In this document: positions 38,711 to 49,261 of the stretch, in pieces
Numbering within the stretch: the first letter of the stretch is position 1
Layout of the letters: each line of letters begins with the position of its first letter
From: Bacillota bacterium
GTDB taxonomy: Bacteria > Bacillota > Sulfobacillia > Fermentithermobacillales > Fermentithermobacillaceae
DNA length: 64,000 nt
Assembly: GCA_033810155.1 (NCBI GenBank)
Contig: JAPXKJ010000002.1
Location: forward strand, 12,252-76,251
Direction: 5' to 3'
Made by a program: the position numbers and the translations under genes
The notes under the pieces: model-generated
Told to the model about the DNA's origin: nothing
Databases searched by the model: none
What the model saw: the letters and a program-made list of their open reading frames with translations, nothing else

Positions 38711-39778
38711 CTAGCTCGGAGAGTCTTCCTCAGCATTTATAGTAGCGTGTTTTACGGATGTCATTGGTGACCACTTTCTGTAAAGGCACACATGTGCCAA
38801 GGCGAGCAACATATAGACAATGAGGAGTATAGGGATGCTCAAATGACTATATAAGGTGGCGATCCATCCAAGAACTCCCAAACATGCGGTTAGCGCAATC
38901 ACACTAACAGTAACTTGCCTATGAGTGTAACCTACTTGAACTGCCAGTTGATAAACATGGGTTCGATGAGGCTCGTACCATTTCTCACCAGAAACAACTC
39001 TACGCATAAGGGTAAGCGTAGCGTCCACAACAAATGCTGAAAGTAAAACAAGCCAGACAATAAGCGTAACACCTTTGGTTTTTTCAGAAAACAGAGCAAG
39101 GTATGCAAAAGTAAATCCTAAAAAGCCACTGCCAACATCGCCCATGAAAATCTTGGCGGGGGGCCAATTCCACACTAGAAATCCACCAACAGACAAGGAT
39201 ACCCCAAAAGCCAATAAGGCAACTATTGTGTTACCTGACATTAGAGATAGAAAACCTCCAACAGTGGCAACCACAACAGCTTCACTAGCAGCGAGACCGT
39301 CAATACCGTCCATGAAATTATACATGTTTATAGACCAGACAATTCCCAAAACTGCCAACACGAAGCCAAAATGACCTAGTTCAATCACTTGTGAGCCTAT
39401 AGTTATCTGTTCCAGTCCATTTAGGCAGTACACAGCATATATGGCTGATATCAGATGAACCCCAGCGCGGAATAGGACAGACAAATTCTTTTTGTCGTCA
39501 AACCAACCTACGGCAGCTACTGCCAATCCTGCGACAATTAGGCCTAAGCTCATTCTAGTCGGTACATTCATAGCATAAAAACAAATCCCAGCAAACAAGA
39601 GGAAAAGTGTTACGAATGAAAGACCGCCTCCTCGCGGCTTTGGAATTGAATGAGAACTACGAGAATTGGGAATGTCTATCATACCTTGCCTGGTTGCGTA
39701 CCTCATGATTAGGCTGGTTAAGACCCAGGCAGAGGGAAATAACAAGAACATGACTACATAAATGGTTTTTGGCGACAT
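38711..39778 (-). CDS. Polyprenyl-phosphate N-acetylhexosamine-1-phosphate transferase (MraY/WecA/WbpL family), initiating glycosyltransferase.
   Basis: 355-aa polytopic protein with the family-typical MYNFMDGIDGLA and VGSGFLGF blocks. Confidence 0.65.
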   Translation of the reverse strand: MSPKTIYVVMFLLFPSAWVLTSLIMRYATRQGMIDIPNSRSSHSIPKPRGGGLSFVTLFLLFAGICFYAMNVPTRMSLGLIVAGLAVAAVGWFDDKKNLSVLFRAGVHLISAIYAVYCLNGLEQITIGSQVIELGHFGFVLAVLGIVWSINMYNFMDGIDGLAASEAVVVATVGGFLSLMSGNTIVALLAFGVSLSVGGFLVWNWPPAKIFMGDVGSGFLGFTFAYLALFSEKTKGVTLIVWLVLLSAFVVDATLTLMRRVVSGEKWYEPHRTHVYQLAVQVGYTHRQVTVSVIALTACLGVLGWIATLYSHLSIPILLIVYMLLALAHVCLYRKWSPMTSVKHATINAEEDSPS

Positions 39779-39848
39779 GACCCACTTTCCTTTGATTACT
39801 TTACGTATAATTTTCTAGACTGGTTGAAGGCGACCACAGCATCGGTGG

Positions 39849-40766
39849 CTACGATATTACCCCTGCTTCGCGAAGGGCCTGAATCTCCAAAACAACGCCG
39901 TCTTGAAAGCTTCGGGGACTAAAACCTAGTTCATCACGAGCTAGGCTATAGTCAAAGACTCTGTCTTCCTTAAGCCTTTGTATCCTCTCTAAGTTGACGA
40001 GACTGTTCGGAATCAACTCTCCCAGATACCCGCATGCTAAACAAACTGGATAAGGGATAGTCACAAATATGCGTTTCTTTCCTAGATCTTTCGCTATTTC
40101 TTCCATTAGGCTCCTGTATGCAATTGGCTCTTTCCCAGCCACATTATACTCTTTACGTATTGCTACGTCATTTAGAGCTGCTGCAGCGATTACATCAGCT
40201 AGATCTTCAGCATATATCGGTTGCATTAAAGAATTACCTGTACCTACTATAGGTACCATTGGAAAACGGTCCACGATTTTAACTAGTTTATGTATATTCT
40301 TGTCACGATGATTGCCATAAATCATCGTTGGCCGAATGATCGTGTAATCCAATCCGCTATTCCTGATTTTTTCTTCTATCTCTATGTACTCTGAAGCGTA
40401 TTTCCGATAGCTGCTGTACAATCCTGTCGTACTCACAAAGGTCACACGCCTAAGACCAGACTCCCGGCATGCTGAAATAATATTATTTGAATACCTTATG
40501 CCAGCCACATGGATCAGGTTTTGAGCACCGCGAATGAAGTCAATAAGTGATTCTGCATTGTTGCAGTCCCCAGTGTAATATTCAATACGCTCATCACTCG
40601 GCATGTGTTCAATATTACTTTTCGCCCTGGTCAGACAGCGGATATTTCCTTGAAACCCATGCTTTCTAAGTGAATTGATCAGAAATCTGCCTGTAAGGCC
40701 AGTAGCTCCAGTTACTGCGATCACCTTGGCAAATCCCCTCCCTACAGCTGCAAATGATAATTCCAT
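39849..40766 (-). CDS. NAD(P)-dependent sugar epimerase/dehydratase (SDR family).
   Basis: Rossmann motif VTGATGLTGRF. 305 aa. Confidence 0.6.
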   Translation of the reverse strand: MELSFAAVGRGFAKVIAVTGATGLTGRFLINSLRKHGFQGNIRCLTRAKSNIEHMPSDERIEYYTGDCNNAESLIDFIRGAQNLIHVAGIRYSNNIISACRESGLRRVTFVSTTGLYSSYRKYASEYIEIEEKIRNSGLDYTIIRPTMIYGNHRDKNIHKLVKIVDRFPMVPIVGTGNSLMQPIYAEDLADVIAAAALNDVAIRKEYNVAGKEPIAYRSLMEEIAKDLGKKRIFVTIPYPVCLACGYLGELIPNSLVNLERIQRLKEDRVFDYSLARDELGFSPRSFQDGVVLEIQALREAGVIS

Positions 40767-40960
40767 GCTCCAAAGCCAATCAAACTATGGCAAAAACGAT
40801 TCAGTTGCGCGTACGCTTTCTATGCTTCGTACTATCGATCTAGATCTGCAAATATGTCCACACCGTCATCATATCAACAAGTGGCACGTCATTAGATAGA
40901 ATAACACTAATTTTCGGCTATCTGCACCTTTTCATTTATAAAACATTAGCAGACTTCCCA

Positions 40961-41916
40961 TTAGGTATCGTTACTCTGATCTGCATACCATTCTACTGTC
41001 CGCCTCAACCCTTCCTCAAAGGTTACAGAAGGGACAAATCCCAGCATGTTTCGGGCTTTTTCTATAGAAGCGCTGGAGTGTCTAACATCACCTTTTCTTT
41101 CTGCTTGGTACTCGGGCTCTAGGCTAGTCCCAAGCACTTGGTTGAGTATTTTTACAAGCTGGTTAACGCTTAAACTTTCTCCTGATGCTATATTAAAAAC
41201 CTCGCCTGACACATCTGGAGTTGAAGCTGCCAAGAGATTGGCTTTTACGACGTCGTCTACGTATATGAAATCTCTGGTCTGTTCTCCATCTCCGTATATA
41301 ACAGGGCTATCGTCTTGAAGTATCTTTGTTATGAAGATAGGGATAACGGCAGCATATTCTGAGCGAGGGTTTTGCATAGGACCATATACGTTAAAGTAAC
41401 GGAGACACACTGTTTCAACGCCCTTATATCTAGAAAAGAACCTCGCGTATTGCTCGCCTGTGCACTTGGATATTGCATAGGGTGATTCAGGATTAGGACA
41501 TTTGCCTTCTGAGTTGGGTAATTCTGTTGAACTGCCGTAGACTGCTGATGAACTTGCAAGGACCACTCGATGCACTGAGCATTCTTCAGCGATGGAAAGG
41601 ACGTTTAATGTTCCTGTGATATTCACCTCATGGGTAGAAAAAGGATCATCTACAGAGGCAGGAACAGAAGTCAAAGCTGCTTGGTGAAAAACCACTTCTG
41701 AACCATCAAAAACCTGACGAAGGCAATCTGAATCCCTTATATCCCCTTGAACAAATTCTAACAACTTACTGTCGAGAACATCTTCAAGATTATCGATAGT
41801 CCCAGTAGTTAAATTATCTATTACCCTTAGGCTAACCCTTCTCCTATTAATCGTCTTACCAAGTGTGAACCGATAAAACCTGCTCCACCTGTTACGACAC
41901 ACGTTTTAGACTTCAT
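40961..41916 (-). CDS. NAD-dependent nucleotide-sugar epimerase/dehydratase. An apparent 1-nt frameshift near 41850 puts the N-terminal Rossmann motif out of frame.
   Basis: The minus-strand frame from 41916 reads MKSKTCVVTGGAGFIGSHLVRRLIGEGLA and then hits a stop. The long ORF (40961-41902) continues as ...RVIDNLTTG... in a different frame. Its ORF-track start MCRNRW... is a frame artefact. Confidence 0.55.
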
Positions 41917-42099
41917 TCCCCTGCCCCCATATACTCAAGTTCGACCGACATGCTCTCACTCTATGCCCTGCGATTCTAACTTTACTAGGTTATTAGTGAT
42001 TCCTTTGTTGCTCATTCTCTAAGCACACAGTTCTTTGTTGGTATCCTGAGTCGTTTCGCCCAGCAAAAAGAACAAACCCACTACTAAGACGAGCTGACA

Positions 42100-43386
42100 C
42101 TAGAGCTCTAGAGCAGAATCCTCCACGATGACTTTTTCTATTATATCTATAAGTTTTTTGGTGAGAACACTAAAGTCAAAATCTTGAGCACCTAACCTAG
42201 CATTGTGACCTAATCGATCATATTCGCCTTTTGACATGTTCTTTACCTGCAAAATAGCAGTGGCTAGCTCCTCGGCAGTCCCGTTTTCAAGTTCAATGCC
42301 ACAATTATACCTTTCGATTATGGAATATCCAGGCCTAATTGTCGAAATAATTGGTTTCCCTGAAGCCATGTACTCAAAAAGCTTGTTCGAACTGCTACCC
42401 CGAGTCCAGTTATACTGGGTCGACGAGTAATTTAGTATATTTACTGATGATTTGCTCAGGACGTACGGAACAAGCTGCTTGTTAATAAAGCCTTTGAACT
42501 TCACATTGAAAAGTTCTCCAGCTTTCACCTTTTCTTCAAGTCGCTCTCTTTCGCTCCCGTCACCAAAAATCAAAAACTGAATATCATCATTATCCTTCAG
42601 CAACGAAGCAGCATCCAAAATGTTTTCAACGTTATTCATAGGCCTTATTGAACCAACATACACAACATTAAATTTATCTGAGCTCAAATCAGGATCATGC
42701 AAAATCTTGTTCTTCGCCAATTCGTCAAAACCACTGACATCAACACCGTTATTAATATGATAGCATTTGCCCAAATCTATATCGCCACCTTGGGCAATGT
42801 CCCATTTCTTCTCTTTTATATAATCGCTTCCGCCTTCCATCGTGAAAATAATCGCATCCGCTTTCTTGTAGATCCAGTGCTCTCCTGCCAAAAGTACTTT
42901 GCCTAATGTACTATCCTCCCTAGCCTTGTCAAAGGCAAATATCGCTTCCGGCCAAAGGTCACGTATTTCACATATACAAGGAACACCAAACTTCTCAGCA
43001 AGTCGAATACCTGCAATCATGGTTAGGGGATGAGGGCTGGATGCTAAAATCACATCGGGTTCTCCGCATCTTGCTGCATACGTCTTAGCAGCAAGGTATA
43101 AATTGTGGGCGAATAATACCATATTAATGATCCTGTCTAGCCCATTCCCTTTGGCCTTGCAAGTCTTAACAAACACAAACGGGATAGTGTCCACTTGTTC
43201 AACAACATGGTTCCCCTTCTTGATATCCACAACTCTGTTCGTCTCATGAGCCACATTAGCGCAAAAGATCACTGGTTCGTATCCATTAGAGTCAAGATTC
43301 CTCGCAAACCAATAATGCCGTCCTCCACGATTGAAAAACATGTTCGTCGCATAATGATTCATTATCCAAATTGTCTTGCCCTTCAT
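42100..43386 (-). CDS. GT4-family glycosyltransferase (WbuB-like).
   Basis: 428 aa with a GT-B fold C-terminal block (E...FEYMASGKPIIST). Confidence 0.6.
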   Translation of the reverse strand: MKGKTIWIMNHYATNMFFNRGGRHYWFARNLDSNGYEPVIFCANVAHETNRVVDIKKGNHVVEQVDTIPFVFVKTCKAKGNGLDRIINMVLFAHNLYLAAKTYAARCGEPDVILASSPHPLTMIAGIRLAEKFGVPCICEIRDLWPEAIFAFDKAREDSTLGKVLLAGEHWIYKKADAIIFTMEGGSDYIKEKKWDIAQGGDIDLGKCYHINNGVDVSGFDELAKNKILHDPDLSSDKFNVVYVGSIRPMNNVENILDAASLLKDNDDIQFLIFGDGSERERLEEKVKAGELFNVKFKGFINKQLVPYVLSKSSVNILNYSSTQYNWTRGSSSNKLFEYMASGKPIISTIRPGYSIIERYNCGIELENGTAEELATAILQVKNMSKGEYDRLGHNARLGAQDFDFSVLTKKLIDIIEKVIVEDSALEL

Positions 43387-43427
43387 GCTTTATCCCCATT
43401 TCCTACTTGACCAAATCAAATTCGCTC

Positions 43428-44522
43428 TTACAATGACTCCAGATACTCTCTAGATTTCTGGCTGATTTTTAGACTAGCATCTCCCGTTCCAAAGTAATAT
43501 TGAGGGTCCAAAATTATAGCAGGGCCCAATACATATTGAACCTTAGCTGCTGACAATATCCTCTCAACCTCAGTACCTGCAAGAACATTCGCACCACATT
43601 CAACTGTTTCCACCCATTCTGTCTCTTCTCTTAAGGTAACACAAGGCTTGCATAAGAAGAATGCCTCTTTCTGAACGCCTCCTGAATCGGTCATGATCAT
43701 CGCTGAATGATATTCTAAAACAAGCATATCTAAATAGCCAACTGGATCGATCACCTTTATATGCTCAGCACTTTCTAATTTGCCTAGCAGATTGTTTTTT
43801 TCTAGAGCCTGGCGCGTCCTCGGGTGTAAAGGCCAAACAACCTCATAGTCTAGCTGAAGCAAAGCGCTAACAATATTTCCCAAGCTGTTCGGGTTGTCTG
43901 TGTTCTCCGCACGATGGACGGTAACAAGGATATAGCTATCTCGTGTGATATCCAGATCTTCCAATATCGTAGACTTGCTCTTTGCTATCTGCATGTTCTC
44001 TGAGAATGCGTCATACATCACATCGCCGACCTGATATACGTTTTTGGTGATGCCTTCTTTAGCAAGATTGGCGACTGCAACATCTGTGGGACAAAATAAT
44101 AGATCCGATAGATGGTCTGTCAAGACACGGTTTATCTCTTCTGGCATGTTCTTGTTATAACTGCGTAACCCAGCTTCCACATGAAAAACCGGTATATGTA
44201 GTTTAGCTGCCGCTAGACCTCCAGCCAGAGTTGAATTAGTGTCCCCATAAACTAAAACAGCCTGCGGCAATTCCTTCATGAGAACGGATTCTATAGCTTC
44301 AAGCATGGCTCCTGTCTGCTTGCCATGAGTACCCCCACCCAGTCCCAAATTATAGTCAGGACGCGGGATATTCAAATCATCAAAGAAGGTTTTTGACATA
44401 TTGTAATCATAGTGCTGGCCTGTATGCACTAACACTTCTTTACACCATTTCCTCAGTTCTCTTGATACAGGAGCAGCTTTTATGAACTGAGGTCTAGCTC
44501 CTACTACTGTAACTATCTTCAA
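43428..44522 (-). CDS. UDP-N-acetylglucosamine (or UDP-GlcNAc3NAcA) 2-epimerase, non-hydrolysing (WecB/WbpI/FnlC family).
   Basis: N-terminus MKIVTVVGARPQFIKAAPV, plus HTGQHYD and the HVEAGLRS motif. 364 aa. Confidence 0.75.
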   Translation of the reverse strand: MKIVTVVGARPQFIKAAPVSRELRKWCKEVLVHTGQHYDYNMSKTFFDDLNIPRPDYNLGLGGGTHGKQTGAMLEAIESVLMKELPQAVLVYGDTNSTLAGGLAAAKLHIPVFHVEAGLRSYNKNMPEEINRVLTDHLSDLLFCPTDVAVANLAKEGITKNVYQVGDVMYDAFSENMQIAKSKSTILEDLDITRDSYILVTVHRAENTDNPNSLGNIVSALLQLDYEVVWPLHPRTRQALEKNNLLGKLESAEHIKVIDPVGYLDMLVLEYHSAMIMTDSGGVQKEAFFLCKPCVTLREETEWVETVECGANVLAGTEVERILSAAKVQYVLGPAIILDPQYYFGTGDASLKISQKSREYLESL

Positions 44523-44618
44523 GTTAACACCCCGCTCTTTTACGAAAAACCAGACTCCATCGGCTTATATATACAGACACCTTGCAAATCACCACTCTTT
44601 CCAACGTTTTTACGATGA

Positions 44619-45326
44619 TCAGTCGGGAGTCTCTTTCCACAACCACTGTACCCGATACGGCTGAAAGCCAAGGCGTTCTTTGAAGTATCTAAGCCCTTCT
44701 TTTGCTCCTAACAAGGTGTCATACATAAGCCACTCGGGTTGCCCATATTTGCTCTTCCGTTCTATGACCAAGCGCATTATTCCATCCACCAAAAGATACA
44801 TAATTCCGTTATCAAGGTATTCCCCATGCCCCAAAATCCTCGACATAACTGTAACTTCACCGCAACAACTAATATCAGCGTAAGCTACCAAAACACCCGT
44901 TGCATCAAGAACAGCCGGAATGGTCTCAACATCTTGCCAAGACATTTCAACTTGACGGCGGTCCATATATGACTGAGACATCGACCGTTCTTGCCTGACT
45001 TGCATAGATGAATTGACATCCATTATGTCATCAATGTAATCGAGCGGCTTCACAAACTGGAATACGTAACCTGCCCTGGTAGCACGTTTTCTATTGGTCC
45101 TAAAAGCCTGCATCTTTCGCCCGCTTTCGTAATCAGTAATATCGTCAGGTATACGAATCAATGCCACACCTAGTTCTTTTCTCGCAAAGATAGGGCACTT
45201 AGGATGTCTGGTAGTGAAATATTTAAAGGCTGCTTTGCTTTTACCATCGCCTGACATAGTAATACTAATGCGTGGCATGGTTCTAAGCGTTTTCACAATA
45301 TACCTTATCTGATTTCTACTAATCAT
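44619..45326 (-). CDS. Hypothetical protein in the polysaccharide cluster, possibly an acyltransferase-like fold.
   Basis: 235-aa ORF, co-directional with its neighbours. Confidence 0.35.
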   Translation of the reverse strand: MISRNQIRYIVKTLRTMPRISITMSGDGKSKAAFKYFTTRHPKCPIFARKELGVALIRIPDDITDYESGRKMQAFRTNRKRATRAGYVFQFVKPLDYIDDIMDVNSSMQVRQERSMSQSYMDRRQVEMSWQDVETIPAVLDATGVLVAYADISCCGEVTVMSRILGHGEYLDNGIMYLLVDGIMRLVIERKSKYGQPEWLMYDTLLGAKEGLRYFKERLGFQPYRVQWLWKETPD

Positions 45327-45380
45327 GCTCGAATACCGTTCCTTTCTCCACTAAAAGCGACATCATCACAACTAAGTTCC

Positions 45381-46199
45381 CTAGAGATTCCTGCCGGATA
45401 GCGGCAGCCGATATTTCAATCCTTCAACAACCCGATTGACATCTTCTCCGAAGCGCAAGACTATGTTCCTACGCCACCTAGAGGGATGGGTCAAAATATA
45501 TACTACGCTATCTCCCCTCTTTAGAACATCTTTTGGAGAAATAGGGTACCACCACATAGGATATAACCCATCTGATAGTCTAGCTACAACTGGCGCCATC
45601 AATTTGCTGTCGTACGCTTCAACTTCAATACCCAAACAATCACGCAAATCCTGCGATTGAAGTAAGTAGTGATTTGGAATCCCTACGGCACGATTAGCAA
45701 AGTCTCCGTGAGAAGCCACGCTTGCTAGAGGAAGACCTGCCATCTCTTTCAGCATTCTGTAGTTAACTGCAAACAAAGACTGAGCCTCTTTCACAATATC
45801 CGCCACTTCATCAGCACTGCTTATGCGATACCTTTTGATCAGCGTAGCCAATTCCTCGTAATGATAACTTGCTTCACTTCCTGATTGCTCTATTTGCTCC
45901 ATCAAATCAACATCTAATGTGCACAATCTGAAATAGAACGAAGATCGAGCACCAACTTGTTGTTCAATATCATGCATCATCTTTGCAGCGCCGCAGTCCA
46001 AATCTACATCGTGTCTGAGTATCAAGCACCTTCCCCCTGAAATATCCGATCCCGAATTGAGCGATCTCCAAAACGATATTATAGAGTGTGTCTCGTAACC
46101 ATGGTCAATAAATTCGCGGAGTAGATCTCTATAATCTTGCATTCTTGTCGGCGCCAAATAGTCCGAATATAGTCTGTACCATATGTTGTGAGTAGACAC
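45381..46199 (-). CDS. Hypothetical protein, possibly a polysaccharide deacetylase-like (WalW-type) enzyme.
   Basis: 272 aa with an LILRHDVDLD motif reminiscent of divergent polysaccharide deacetylases. Confidence 0.35.
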   Translation of the reverse strand: MSTHNIWYRLYSDYLAPTRMQDYRDLLREFIDHGYETHSIISFWRSLNSGSDISGGRCLILRHDVDLDCGAAKMMHDIEQQVGARSSFYFRLCTLDVDLMEQIEQSGSEASYHYEELATLIKRYRISSADEVADIVKEAQSLFAVNYRMLKEMAGLPLASVASHGDFANRAVGIPNHYLLQSQDLRDCLGIEVEAYDSKLMAPVVARLSDGLYPMWWYPISPKDVLKRGDSVVYILTHPSRWRRNIVLRFGEDVNRVVEGLKYRLPLSGRNL

Positions 46200-46355
46200 T
46201 TAGATCACTCTTTCTGCAAAGTGTTTCAAATAAAGGGCCTGCAAGTTATTCAGATGCCAATTCTACAAAACACCTCAAAACAGTACATGACGAATTCTTG
46301 TATAGCACGGCATACTTTCTTGCAGCCAGCGCACACAGGACCCATAAATCGAGAA

Positions 46356-47477
46356 TCACCGAGACAGCACTTCTCGGTATACCTCTATGTATTCAGCAGC
46401 TATTTTATCCCAATCAAACCTCTGGCTATAAGCAACACATCTTGTAGATATGGCATTATAGTCTGCCAAAATATCCTGTACTCTTGCTACAATTTCGTCA
46501 GGAGAATTGCAATCTACAGAATATCCAACTACTCCCTCGTCAAAATACCCGTCAAAACCCTGGCCTCGAGTATAAATGACCGGAAGACCTTGAGACAACG
46601 CTTCTGCATAGACAAGCCCAAACGTCTCTGTTCTTGATGGCATTACGAATATATCAGAAGCCCTATAATAGTCTATAAGTTTCTCCTTTGGACAACGCGG
46701 AATGTAGTTCACATATGGGTACTTGTTAAGCAACCGAAGATATCTCTCGTTTTCTATACCACCAACCACAGTGTATTGGACTTTGTAGCCGCTCTTTACC
46801 AATGAATCACATGCCTGCAATGTAGTTTGAACGTTCTTATTCCTATCAACTCTACCTGCGTAAATGATATTGACACAGCCCGGCAATGGTCCCTTTCTGT
46901 CATGGAAACGATTTTCTAACCAGAACCTATCTATCCCGTTAGGGATAACTACCGTCTTATCCATTATTTCTTTCCCAAACTTGGCAGGAATATAGTGCTC
47001 AAAGGTGTGATTCCGATATGATTCTGAAAGAAATACTATCTTCGAAGCGTTAAGCAATATATCCACACCAATCTTCCTAAGGTGCACCATTCTTCCAAAA
47101 AACAGATTTACATCGGTGTTTCTCACAGCAACAACATACGGAATGTTGTATTGTTGCTTTAACATGTAAGCTACGTACCCATTTGAAAAGAGAGAATGTG
47201 CATGCAGTAGGTCATACCTCCCAAAATCCAGCCTCCGCTTTGCGTCTTCCAAAACTTTTCGGTGCTTGACACGGAAGAAGAGTCTATCGTATTTCCTATA
47301 GCATGGTGCAAATATGACATTCAACGGACGTTCTGTAGGCAATCGGTAATCGTAATCAACGAAAACATATGCATCCTGAGTGACCCCTTGCTTGCTTAAC
47401 GCATCAAAGAGATTTTGATAAAGCGGTGTACCCACATAATAGGAACAAATATGAAGGATACTTGGATTGTTCATCAA
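46356..47477 (-). CDS. GT4-family glycosyltransferase.
   Basis: 373 aa with C-terminal GT-B motifs (PSRTETFGLVYAEALSQGLPVI). Confidence 0.65.
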   Translation of the reverse strand: MMNNPSILHICSYYVGTPLYQNLFDALSKQGVTQDAYVFVDYDYRLPTERPLNVIFAPCYRKYDRLFFRVKHRKVLEDAKRRLDFGRYDLLHAHSLFSNGYVAYMLKQQYNIPYVVAVRNTDVNLFFGRMVHLRKIGVDILLNASKIVFLSESYRNHTFEHYIPAKFGKEIMDKTVVIPNGIDRFWLENRFHDRKGPLPGCVNIIYAGRVDRNKNVQTTLQACDSLVKSGYKVQYTVVGGIENERYLRLLNKYPYVNYIPRCPKEKLIDYYRASDIFVMPSRTETFGLVYAEALSQGLPVIYTRGQGFDGYFDEGVVGYSVDCNSPDEIVARVQDILADYNAISTRCVAYSQRFDWDKIAAEYIEVYREVLSR

Positions 47478-47717
47478 ATGGCCAACCTCACTATCGCAAA
47501 TCGATTACTATTAACATATTAACATCGCCAAACAAAAGATCACCACCACCCCCCTACTACCTATCACAAACAACATTTAATGAAACTGAATATTATTTGG
47601 AAGATCCACCTGGTACAAACTTCTGCAAGGATGGCACTATTTGCCAATAGGGATTAGCGATGCTCTCGCGTTTCCAAGTAAGCCCACACCACCTGCCAAC
47701 ATACCTTGTAGATAATC

Positions 47718-48920
47718 CTACAGTAGTCTGTCACCCCATTTGAGTCCTCGAGTAACCAGGCCCAGAAAAACCCAAAAGTGAATCTCCGAGAAATAAGATC
47801 CGCTCACCATCAGTGGACAAAACCCAATACACAGCCACAGTGCAATAAAACTATACCCACGCATATCCTTCCAAAAGAAAACACGTGATATTAGGGCTAG
47901 TATTAACAAGATGGCAAAACTTCCAATCACCACCCCATAATCTGCTAATAGCTCAATAAACATGTTATGGCTGTAAGTGCCACCCAATACGAACCTATCT
48001 CCAGCTATACCTAATCCCATCAAAGGGCATTCCAATAGTTCAATTATCACGTTCTCATAAATTGCAGTCCTGGGCTCAATATGTAAACCAGGAGTCAGAG
48101 CTAACGCAATGTTCCTACTATAGATACCAATTCTAGCTAAGAAACTTTCAAGACTCGCTAGAAAACTAGGCATGAGTAGTACAATACTTGCCAGGGCCAT
48201 TATAACGAGCGAATAAGCTAGTACTTGGGTATTCGTTAGCTTTCGAGGCGGTCGTATTAATCTCATGGCAACAAAAACTGTAATACACATAACAGGCCCC
48301 CTAGAGCCGATTGCTACTATGAAGAACGTCGAAACCACTGATAGAACGAGACTCCAAAAACTCCCCTTATCAAAGAAATCGTTAAGGAATACGATAGCAG
48401 GCACAAGCATGTAATAAGAAAACGACATACTATAAGTACCAATCAACACCTTTCCAGAGAGGACAAACAGACCAAGTACTGACCCCAAGCAAAAAATGAC
48501 ATGGCTGGCTCTCAACAGTGTATCCTTAAATACTCTTATATCTATAATGCTTGAACTATATATGAACGCAGGTAGACACATTGCAAAAAAAGGAAAAATC
48601 AGGGCCTGTTGATAAACTCTATTACTTGGAAACATAAGATAGTGTAATAGAAACACAGAAGACCAGATAAGGTAGTTCCGCACGAATTTCATTTTGTTCC
48701 GCCTAAGAACCACTGGCAATGCATAGAAAAACACTACAGCTACTAGCAACTTCGACAGTAGCTGTATTTGACTAGCTCTATCCGTGTCGATTATGCCTAA
48801 TGATGCTAGAACCAAATACTGTAAAGTAAGAATAGTAACCGGCGATATAAGTGCCAGGCTAATTTTCCTATCGCCGGACTCTGCTGCACCCCATCCAACA
48901 TACTCACACTTTTCAAGCAC
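47718..48920 (-). CDS. Wzy-like O-antigen polymerase/ligase-family polytopic membrane protein.
   Basis: 400 aa with about 10 transmembrane helices, located inside the glycan cluster. Confidence 0.45.
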   Translation of the reverse strand: MLEKCEYVGWGAAESGDRKISLALISPVTILTLQYLVLASLGIIDTDRASQIQLLSKLLVAVVFFYALPVVLRRNKMKFVRNYLIWSSVFLLHYLMFPSNRVYQQALIFPFFAMCLPAFIYSSSIIDIRVFKDTLLRASHVIFCLGSVLGLFVLSGKVLIGTYSMSFSYYMLVPAIVFLNDFFDKGSFWSLVLSVVSTFFIVAIGSRGPVMCITVFVAMRLIRPPRKLTNTQVLAYSLVIMALASIVLLMPSFLASLESFLARIGIYSRNIALALTPGLHIEPRTAIYENVIIELLECPLMGLGIAGDRFVLGGTYSHNMFIELLADYGVVIGSFAILLILALISRVFFWKDMRGYSFIALWLCIGFCPLMVSGSYFSEIHFWVFLGLVTRGLKWGDRLL

Positions 48921-49261
48921 ACCTCAAAACCTCTCAATTGAATACCGCTTCAATTCCATATCATCCTGCTTACACTTAACACACTCACTCTATATAACAG
49001 AAACTAGGATGCTGATAACCTCAGAATCGCCATGTATGCAGGGATTCCCACTTGTCACAGGGCAATGACAATTCCCTGTCGTTTGATATTCCACATGAAC
49101 AACAATAACTTCCTCTGGAAGCGCTACCACAAACACATATTATTCTTGCCCCTGTCTTGAGTATCTCTCCTACCCACATTCGCACGAAATATCATACCTA
49201 GTTCGACCTCTAGACAGACAGTTCCTCTACAACGCTGGAATCGCCGCTCACGTATGATCCC

